DNA of 32,000 bases, taken from Conexivisphaerales archaeon (GTDB lineage: Archaea > Thermoproteota > Nitrososphaeria > Conexivisphaerales > DTJL01). Numbering within the stretch: position 1 is the stretch's first letter; each line of letters begins with the position of its first letter. The DNA lies in contig JAVYTR010000002.1 of the NCBI GenBank assembly GCA_038728585.1, positions 350,369-382,368 of the forward strand, written 5' to 3'. A model generated the notes under the pieces. That model searched no databases. It was not told where the DNA came from and saw only the letters and a list, made by a program, of their open reading frames with translations. Below, piece by piece: positions 25,977-32,000 of this stretch. A program made the translations under genes and the position numbers.

Positions 25977-27012
25977 GGATCTTCTGGAACCTCAGTGAAT
26001 CAAGCAGTCCTTCTGCGTAACCAGCCTGAATCAAGGCAAGCTCAGGCTTACCGTCCAGTAAAAACCTCTGTGCATCTGATAGGTAGCATTCTACGTTTTC
26101 GAACACATCATCCAGGTTGTCTATACCTTTCTCCTTTGCAATTCTCCTCCCCTTCTCCAAAGCCATCATGGTTTTGTGAATGGCCTTGTTGACCAGTGTA
26201 GCATGAGGGGGTTCAAGTTTGGTATTCGACTGTTCGAGTATGTTCTTATCAACTTCAGCTAGAGTTGCTAGGGCATCGGCTTCTGTATAATGAAGCTCGG
26301 AAGGAATTATCACGCTGTGAGGAGGCTCTCCAAAATTCTTCGTCATCATATCCTTCAGCCTACCAGCACATATCATCTGGGAAGACCAGCCCACCCTTGA
26401 GGCAACTATGACAAGCCTGTCATCCTTGAAGACACCCAGTTTGTAGTTCTCCTCCATCCTTCTGAGCTTTGCAAGCAGTTCTGATGGAGCCAAGTATTCG
26501 CCAGAATCGCTGTCATATTCCAGAAGGAAGAGGGTATGTCTGTTTCTTGTCAAGTTATCCTTTACCTCTGGGTAAAGGGAATCTTCAACCACCTTATCGT
26601 TTCTCACAGCGGTTATAATTTTTCCCAGCTTGTAGATGTGAAGACCTGTCTCTCCGAATATCGCGTTTATTATGCTTGAAGAGTAAAAGATCCTGACAGG
26701 TATCCCCATCTCCTTTGCTCTCTGTTTCAGAATGATATGCGTTGTTGCAAGGAAGGGGTCTCCCACTGTTATTACGGCAACAGCAGCTTGCTTTGCTTCA
26801 TCAAGAATCTTTCTACCATCTTCAAGAAGGGTCCTTGATGCTCTCTGGATATTCTTTCCGAGCTCTGAACTCAAATCATGAAGCAGATCTGGAGGCCACG
26901 GGCTTGTGTACATGTCAGCATAGATGATGTCGCATTCCTTTAGATATTTTAAGCCTCCCATAGGGACACTGGCCATTCCCTGAACGCCAAGCCCTACGAG
27001 ACCTAGAGTCAA
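25960..27012 (-). CDS. dphB: diphthine synthase with ~85-aa DUF357-like C-terminal extension
   Basis: Residues 1-~260 align by eye to archaeal DphB (VGLG..., YADMYTS, GDPFLATTH, TGLHIYKLGK, HTLFLLE, FGEPPHSVIIPSELHYTEA). The tail ...ECYLSDAQRFLLDGKPELALIQAGYAEGLLDSL resembles DUF357. TTG start. Confidence 0.85.
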   Translation of the reverse strand: MTLGLVGLGVQGMASVPMGGLKYLKECDIIYADMYTSPWPPDLLHDLSSELGKNIQRASRTLLEDGRKILDEAKQAAVAVITVGDPFLATTHIILKQRAKEMGIPVRIFYSSSIINAIFGETGLHIYKLGKIITAVRNDKVVEDSLYPEVKDNLTRNRHTLFLLEYDSDSGEYLAPSELLAKLRRMEENYKLGVFKDDRLVIVASRVGWSSQMICAGRLKDMMTKNFGEPPHSVIIPSELHYTEADALATLAEVDKNILEQSNTKLEPPHATLVNKAIHKTMMALEKGRRIAKEKGIDNLDDVFENVECYLSDAQRFLLDGKPELALIQAGYAEGLLDSLRFQKILNFEW

Positions 27013-27154
27013 TTTGGGTACCTGAAGAAGTCAATCCATCATACTAGGTTTATAAGTTTGACATAAAATCCTAGCTTTGGCTGAAGCTGGTTTTGTTAGC
27101 ATAAAATTCAATCATGACTGACGCGCCTTAAATGCAAAGAGTTTCGCTTTATAC

Positions 27155-27163
27155 TTAAATATA
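27155..27163 (+). promoter_or_regulatory. TATA-box-like element upstream of tRNA-Lys
   Basis: TTAAATATA lies 24-32 nt upstream of the tRNA 5' end, the spacing expected for archaeal TBP/TFB promoters. Confidence 0.35.
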
Positions 27164-27186
27164 CAGGCAAGGCTGGCAAGAAAAAC

Positions 27187-27260
27187 GGGCCTGTAGCTCA
27201 GCCAGGTAGAGCAGTCGGCTCTTAACCGACGGGTCATGGGTTCGAATCCCACCAGGCCCG
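27187..27260 (+). tRNA. tRNA-Lys (anticodon CUU), no intron, CCA not encoded
   Basis: Hand-folded cloverleaf: acceptor GGGCCTG/CAGGCCC plus discriminator G; D arm GCTC-AGCCAGGTA-GAGC; anticodon arm GTCGG-CTCTTAA-CCGAC; T arm with GGG-TTCGAAT-CCC. One A-C mismatch closes the T stem. A T-rich tract follows the 3' end. Confidence 0.88.
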
Positions 27261-27315
27261 CTTATTTTATTAACCGAATCCTTTGTTACAATGGTACTGT
27301 AACCCTATTATATCA

Positions 27316-27624
27316 ATGTCTAACAGCAAGTATTCTCATCTGCTTGATGATGAAGATGTCAGGAGATGGTTTGACAACCTTGAGGCGAGTTCTGCGGTAA
27401 CAGCTGATTAGAAACCTTGGACCCTTTAGTGTGGAAAAAACCAGATGTTCATCTGTTGGGGTTCGCCGGTAAATTTAATTGCTCGGTTGAGGAGATGGTA
27501 AATGGGAGTTCTAAAGCAACAGGTGACCCCTCTAGCTTTAGTTGACTATATCTTGTGGCTGTCAGATCAAGAAGAAGAAAGACGGCCACCGCCAGGATTT
27601 TCTTTGAGAAAACATGACTCTTAA
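27316..27624 (+). pseudogene. degraded N-terminal fragment of a tyrosine-recombinase-type integrase
   Basis: ATG at 27316 gives MSNSKYSHLLDDEDVRRWFDNLEASSAVTAD*, which resembles the N-terminus of archaeal site-specific integrases (…V.RWY.NL..GS..TAD…). Further pieces continue in shifted frames (LGFAGKFNCSVEEMV..., LVDYILWLSDQEE...), interrupted by stops. No catalytic domain was found downstream. The family assignment is from memory only. Confidence 0.35.
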
Positions 27625-28308
27625 AGATCAGACTATACTCGGTCTTGATGATATCTAAGAATTATAGTTGACAATTCAACGAACGCGTCTATTCTATTCT
27701 GTGTTCTTGACCTTAAGAGCAAGGAAAACATCAACTTTAGTCTGACCTCCATTCAATCCTATTTAATTTGTTGCCGTGGTAAGTGCAATTGCAGCGAAGA
27801 ATATGCAGAGAAGAAAACAGCCTAAAGACAGTTGAAAGACTATGTCTTTATAAAAACTTGGTCACCATGATAACCAGAAACCTACCAAGTCTCTAGACAA
27901 TTTACTTTAGCTCTAAGCATTATGATTATTAGCGGGAGAAAAGGCAAAAGAGCCGAACAGTGTTGAGAATAGAATAAGACAAGATGATTTTACATAGTAT
28001 CTCGAGCACTGTCAAGAGAGGTCATTCGTCTGCCCGCTTGGGAACATCCCTGAAGCTGCCGTATGGTCTATTCGTAAAATGCCGTCAGAGAGTGGGACCA
28101 TTAAATCGCAGCTGAGGCCGCGCGCTAAATGTATACTCGTGCAGTGACAACGTTGCTCGAACAAGTACTTTTCTATACGTTTACAAAAAGAATGTAAACA
28201 ATATCATTAAATTGTTGACGAAACGAAGTTTTACTTGGATATACTTTAAGCGATGAGATATTTCCACATGTTATGCTACCTGTACTGCGAAAATTTGTCA
28301 AACGCAAG

Positions 28309-28316
28309 TATAAATA
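28309..28316 (+). promoter_or_regulatory. TATA-box-like element upstream of the mcrB-like gene
   Basis: TATAAATA ends 21 nt before the ATG at 28337, which suggests a leaderless or near-leaderless transcript. A second TTAAATAG at 28324-28331 could serve the in-frame ATG at 28352. Confidence 0.3.
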
Positions 28317-28336
28317 GCCTAAATTAAATAGATATA

Positions 28337-30121
28337 ATGGTAGAATATGCAATGAGATACATCGCTATTCAGGGTTCTCCGGTTAATTGGATCTGGAGCC
28401 TTAGAACCCTTGGAAAGAATGAAGTAGGTCCAGGATTTCACAAAGTAAATCCCAATAGTGAGCGATCATTAACCAAAAATCAAGACAAACTATTGTGGGC
28501 TTTTCGACAAAAACAAGATTTTAATAGACTTTCCGAGATATTACAATTCGAAGAGAAGGTTCAGGTGCTCGTCATTTCAACTGTTGGAAACAGCTATCAA
28601 TTGAATGCGGGGGGTGTGATAGCGTTTGGTGAGATCGTAAAAGAAGATGTTATTGGAGAACTCAAATGGGATTATTGGCCAGAGGGTTCTGGCTGGGATT
28701 ATAAGTTTTATATAAGAATAACAAAATTAGCACCGAAGCTGCAAGAGAACTTAACAAAACTTAATAATATCCAGTCTCCAGAAATTGGTAATTTAGTTTC
28801 TGTTATGAGAGAATCAAGGGAAGATGTCTTGCCAGTCGTCCCAAAAAGCGTGACCAGAGGGTCGCTATCGGAACTGGACCATAAGACGTTTGATATATTC
28901 GAATTTCTGGCCTCTAAATACTGGGTAAAACAAAGAGAAGTCCAAATAGGTGTCACAAGCCTGTCGGAAGACCTTCAAAAGATAGCTACCATGCATCTTC
29001 TCGCGGGTAAAAATATCATAGTTTATGGACCGCCTGGAGTGGGAAAGACAATATTCGCAAAGAGTCTTTGTGAAAATCTAGGAATAGGTTTCCGTATAGA
29101 AACAGGGAACCCAGAGTGGACCGCTTTTGATGTAATTGGCGGCTACGACATTAATAATAAGTTTCGTATAGGATTTCTTACAGATGCTGTAGTTTCATGC
29201 CATATTTCACTCAAAGAGAGCGGAAGACCATATTGGTTAATTATAGACGAAATTAATAGAGCAAACCTAGATCTTTCCTTTGGTAATGCATTCACAACAT
29301 TAGATCTAGCCCACCGGCCTAATACTCCATTGGTAGAATTTTATGAAAGCCTTGACGAAAACAAGGGTAAAAATGAGAAACTAATGTCCATACTTAAAGA
29401 GTACGGATCGAAGAAGATGGCCCTATTCGTACCGTTATCCTTTAGAATTATAGGAACAATGAACAGTTATGACAGAACACTTCTATTTAGGCTAGGCTTC
29501 GCAATGATCAGAAGATTTGCTTTCATACCATTATCCACGAAAAAGTACACCCTTTCAGTAAACGATGACACTTTTATTGAACAAGCTAAAATTTTGACTA
29601 ACGAGTCTAACGAAAACTGGAAAGAGACATTTCAAAGTGCATCTCGAGAATTGATGCTGAAGGGCGACATACAAAATGATTCCGTCACCTTTAGAACCGA
29701 TTCAATGCCTCAGGAACCTTACCTGATTGACGAGAGTTTAGGCGAATTATCTTCAGATTTGAATGCTTTTAGGTTGATCCACGCGATATGCCAAAGGATA
29801 AACGAGATTTTGGTCGGTAGTCTTGAGGTGGGTATGGCTTTGGAAATTGACGCAATGAAATTTATGCTAGCCGCTACCTCATATTTTGGGGAATCATGGA
29901 AAACATTCGGTAAAGGTCTGGTTGACCAAGCGGTTAACTCATACATATTGCCACAATTTGACGCGTTATCTGAACAACTCCGAGCTGAAGCATTGGGTAT
30001 GTCAAGCAGCCAAAGTGTACAAAATAAAGTAAAAGAAGTCAATGTATTATTCAAAAATCTGCGATTGAATGATAGCTTGGCCAGTATCGAACGGATAATG
30101 AACGGGGAAAGAATCTTTTGA
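28337..30121 (+). CDS. mcrB: McrB-family AAA+ GTPase with unrecognised N-terminal (putative DNA/modified-base reader) domain and long C-terminal extension
   Basis: 594 aa. Walker A is GPPGVGKT (aa 231-238) and Walker B is WLIIDEINRAN (aa 300-310). IIGTMNSYDR corresponds to the McrB MNTADRS/NxxD motif, and MIRRFAFIPL to McrB ALRRRFSFI. Aa 1-~225 and aa ~401-594 lie outside the AAA+ core. Confidence 0.8.
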   Translation: MVEYAMRYIAIQGSPVNWIWSLRTLGKNEVGPGFHKVNPNSERSLTKNQDKLLWAFRQKQDFNRLSEILQFEEKVQVLVISTVGNSYQLNAGGVIAFGEIVKEDVIGELKWDYWPEGSGWDYKFYIRITKLAPKLQENLTKLNNIQSPEIGNLVSVMRESREDVLPVVPKSVTRGSLSELDHKTFDIFEFLASKYWVKQREVQIGVTSLSEDLQKIATMHLLAGKNIIVYGPPGVGKTIFAKSLCENLGIGFRIETGNPEWTAFDVIGGYDINNKFRIGFLTDAVVSCHISLKESGRPYWLIIDEINRANLDLSFGNAFTTLDLAHRPNTPLVEFYESLDENKGKNEKLMSILKEYGSKKMALFVPLSFRIIGTMNSYDRTLLFRLGFAMIRRFAFIPLSTKKYTLSVNDDTFIEQAKILTNESNENWKETFQSASRELMLKGDIQNDSVTFRTDSMPQEPYLIDESLGELSSDLNAFRLIHAICQRINEILVGSLEVGMALEIDAMKFMLAATSYFGESWKTFGKGLVDQAVNSYILPQFDALSEQLRAEALGMSSSQSVQNKVKEVNVLFKNLRLNDSLASIERIMNGERIF

Positions 30122-31611
30122 GTCTGGTACTAGAGTTTAGAGAAGACAAAGACTATGAATGCGATGAAATTCAAGAAGTAATAAAACAGAAGTTACCAAG
30201 CCAACAGTCATCAACTCTTGTTGATGAAATAATTGAGTTTGTAGATAAGAATCTAAACCGCAGTATGCGAATCTTGATAGAGCTCCAATATTCTGATTTT
30301 AGGATAGAGTCTCCATTACCAGTTTTTCGCCATAGAAAAAGACAGATCAATTTCGGACAATGGGTTGGTGTGTATAGATTCTACTCGGAAGAGCTAGCTT
30401 CTGAAGTTACGATAAAAGTCGTTCCTAAAATTCCTCTTCAATCGTTCACTCTTATGTTGAATGAAGTTTATGGTCTCGTGCAAATGTACGGCGTTCCGGC
30501 TTTGGACGTGGTATCGCTTAATCTGCACGGTTATAGTAATTTCCGTGATTGTCTGACATACAGTTTCCTACTAAATAGGTTAACAGAGTTAGCTTTTGCA
30601 CATGGTATAGTTAGGCAGGCTACATTCGTACGATATTCTTCTGGAATACAGATGGGCTTGATCGACAGACATAGAACAGCCTATAATTTACAAAGGGGAA
30701 TACCACTGATAGAATCCAAGAAATTTACAGCGAAGTACCCTGATCTCTTTCTTATGTTATTAGTTAGGTTTCATTTAATGCTCAGTCATGATATCAATGA
30801 GCAAGTCGCTAGATTTAGAAACTTGAATCCAAACAAGGGCGATCCGTTGGACCACATGCTGAGTACCATTAAAGTATCGCAAGCTCAACATGCTAAGTAT
30901 CTATCAGATGGTATCTTGCAGAATTACATAGCTGCAGCACTGTCTTTTGACTTTGAAGATTTTGGGCTATTACGAAATATCCGAAGCGAAGTAAAGTATA
31001 ACGAATGGTTTAAGGCAATTGTTGACCTATTCGAATCTTACTTGTCAAAAAGACCCGTCAGAGTTAAGTTAAAAGAGTCAGATCTAAGCGAAGTTGCAGT
31101 TCAACCATTACCTTCCAGTAAGGTCTACGAGTTGTGGATACTTACACTGTTTAATCGAATATATGGAAAATATAACTCCAGAAAGCCAGTTATAATGCGT
31201 ACCAATAATGGATTCGATTTCGTTTATGGAGATCTCGTGATTTGTTATAACTCTGAGAAACTAGAATGGAGTAAAATCTTCTCAAAAATAATCAGAAATT
31301 CCCCTAGACCAGATATGATACTAGCTGGGAAACATAAAAGAGCTGTGTTAGACGCAAAATACAGAGAAGTGAACCATTTAGGCGTTGAAGATATAGAAAG
31401 GATAATCAGCTATCTAGTGGATTATTCGGAACCTCAGGACCATGATGAAATAAAAGGCTTTCTTGTAACTCTTGGTGATTTGAATGTGAACGAAGCTAGC
31501 CGTAGAGATTTGGTGCCAAACCTGAGAATCTATCATCTTGTAGCTGATCCCAACCGTCCGAAAGAAGCAGAAGAAAATTTAGAAAGAGTATACCACAAAG
31601 TATTTTCGTAA
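30118..31611 (+). CDS. mcrC: McrC-like partner protein with C-terminal PD-(D/E)xK nuclease domain
   Basis: 497 aa. The TTG start overlaps the upstream stop (TTGA). The N-terminal QWVGVYRF...VTIKVVPKI matches the McrC/DUF2357 motif (VGvi...ieIlPKi). The C-terminus has E338 (YELW), P-D399 (RPDMIL) and D412-A-K414 (VLDAKYRE), a canonical PD...(D/E)xK arrangement. Confidence 0.72.
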   Translation: MSLVLEFREDKDYECDEIQEVIKQKLPSQQSSTLVDEIIEFVDKNLNRSMRILIELQYSDFRIESPLPVFRHRKRQINFGQWVGVYRFYSEELASEVTIKVVPKIPLQSFTLMLNEVYGLVQMYGVPALDVVSLNLHGYSNFRDCLTYSFLLNRLTELAFAHGIVRQATFVRYSSGIQMGLIDRHRTAYNLQRGIPLIESKKFTAKYPDLFLMLLVRFHLMLSHDINEQVARFRNLNPNKGDPLDHMLSTIKVSQAQHAKYLSDGILQNYIAAALSFDFEDFGLLRNIRSEVKYNEWFKAIVDLFESYLSKRPVRVKLKESDLSEVAVQPLPSSKVYELWILTLFNRIYGKYNSRKPVIMRTNNGFDFVYGDLVICYNSEKLEWSKIFSKIIRNSPRPDMILAGKHKRAVLDAKYREVNHLGVEDIERIISYLVDYSEPQDHDEIKGFLVTLGDLNVNEASRRDLVPNLRIYHLVADPNRPKEAEENLERVYHKVFS

Positions 31612-31628
31612 TGTTATAGCATGTTAAA

Positions 31629-32000
31629 GTGTGGTGTGGACTGTTGACTGAGGAAGATTCAAAGTTTACAATCGGTAACTTAAAGACCTTAGTGAAGGAA
31701 TTTATATCCCAAAGGAAGTGGGAAAGATATCACAATCCGAAGGATTTGGCGGAATCAATATCCGTTGAGAGTGCTGAACTACTCGAAATTTTCCAGTGGA
31801 AATCACAGGAACAGAGTTGGTCTTTGGCTATGTCTGAGAAAGGCAGGACTAGGGTAAAAGAAGAGTTGGCCGACGTGCTGATCTACTGTATAAGCTTGGC
31901 AAATGTGCTTGGCTTGGACATCAACACTATTGTCAGAGAAAAAATCAAAAAGAATTCTGATAAATATCCTACAAATGGCTCAGAGAATCTCTTCGGGTAG
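31629..32000 (+). CDS. mazG: MazG-like nucleoside-triphosphate pyrophosphohydrolase, DCTPP1/RS21-C6 (dCTP pyrophosphatase) type
   Basis: 123 aa. WERYHNPKDLAESISVESAELLEIFQWKS and VKEELADVLIYCISLANVLGLDINTIVREKIKKNSDKYP closely parallel the DCTPP1 pattern (W.QFH.PRNL...GE.GEL.E.FQWK...; L.EELSDVLIYL...DL...I..K...N...YP) with the ExxE...ExxD metal motifs. The start is GTG 31629 or TTG 31644. The TAG stop is the last three bases of the window. Confidence 0.8.
   Translation: MWCGLLTEEDSKFTIGNLKTLVKEFISQRKWERYHNPKDLAESISVESAELLEIFQWKSQEQSWSLAMSEKGRTRVKEELADVLIYCISLANVLGLDINTIVREKIKKNSDKYPTNGSENLFG

Larger units (their letters stand above)
27261..32000. mobile_element. probable tRNA-Lys-associated integrated element / genomic (defence) island, right end outside window
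   Basis: It begins directly 3' of a tRNA gene and carries an integrase-like remnant next to the tRNA. AT content rises and codon choice changes relative to the upstream 27 kb. The cargo is a restriction-type module. Confidence 0.55.

Noticed and set aside
27458-27467. GGGGTTCGCC, a partial match to the tRNA T-arm (GGGTTCGAATCC) and a possible att repeat
   Set aside because: Only ~8 nt match and the site lies inside the integrase remnant. A genuine attR should repeat a longer stretch of the tRNA 3' half and is probably beyond the window.
27690-27976. 11-bp inverted repeat (TATTCTATTCT at 27690-27700 and AGAATAGAATA at 27966-27976) that could mark a MITE-like insertion
   Set aside because: A single 11-mer match in ~1 kb of AT-rich, low-complexity DNA is close to chance expectation. 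I saw no target-site duplication or longer terminal repeats.
28040-28130. Minus-strand short ORF containing GILRIDHTAAS, reminiscent of the HxLRH box of tyrosine recombinases
   Set aside because: The spacing does not fit HxLRH, the ORF is only ~29 codons, and it lies on the opposite strand from the integrase N-terminal remnant.
28337-30121. Alternative reading of the 594-aa AAA+ protein as a MoxR/CbbQ/dynein-type AAA_5 ATPase unrelated to restriction
   Set aside because: The motif set IDEINRAN + MN(S/T)xDR + RRF.F is McrB-specific. The overlapping downstream gene has the McrC N-terminal motif and a PD-(D/E)xK core.
1-32000. Scan for CRISPR arrays, rRNA genes, IS elements or intact transposases, and long (>100 bp) dispersed repeats
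   Set aside because: None was seen by eye. The only notable repeats are the 87-bp cdc48 duplication and the short intergenic arrays already reported. A computational repeat search would be needed to be exhaustive.

Overview
This is an archaeal chromosomal segment. The assignment rests on the 20S proteasome beta subunit, ribosomal proteins L15e/S3Ae/S15(S13e), aEF-1beta, FEN-1, Cdc48, Kae1/Bud32/Pcc1, RNase P protein subunits, archaeal Pth2 and diphthine synthase. The lineage cannot be fixed without a database search.

Positions 1-27000 are a very compact housekeeping region. Genes commonly overlap by 4-17 nt and many use TTG or GTG starts. The region includes a roughly 6.3 kb co-directional minus-strand array: kae1, bud32, ham1, rps15, recJ-like, pcc1, serS, rps3ae. 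It also holds a fragment of the archaeal exosome/RNase P superoperon (DUF54, Rpp30, Pop5).

A tRNA-Lys(CUU) gene sits at 27187-27260. Directly 3' of it the character of the sequence changes:
- It becomes visibly more AT-rich. Hand counts of a few 60-nt lines give roughly 32-43% GC, against roughly 40-57% upstream.
- About 1 kb has no intact ORF and contains a frameshifted integrase N-terminal remnant.
- A tightly packed three-gene plus-strand cassette follows: (i) a 594-aa McrB-family AAA+ GTPase with an unrecognised ~225-aa N-terminal region, beta-rich in its first ~135 aa, and a ~190-aa C-terminal extension; (ii) a 497-aa McrC-like protein with a C-terminal PD-(D/E)xK nuclease motif, whose start overlaps the stop of (i) as TTGA; (iii) a 123-aa DCTPP1/RS21-C6-type MazG-like dCTP pyrophosphohydrolase that ends exactly at the window edge.

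I read this as a tRNA-integrated defence island carrying a modification-dependent (type IV-like) restriction module with an unusual reader domain and an associated nucleotide-pool enzyme. It is the best candidate for something undescribed in this window.

Other observations:
- an 87-bp near-identical in-frame duplication inside cdc48;
- two small zinc-ribbon genes below the ORF-track cutoff;
- a diphthine synthase with a DUF357-like tail;
- a wHTH-cytidylyltransferase fusion;
- a RecJ-like protein with GHH in place of DHH;
- two short phased repeat clusters in intergenic DNA.

No rRNA genes, CRISPR arrays or intact transposases were seen.
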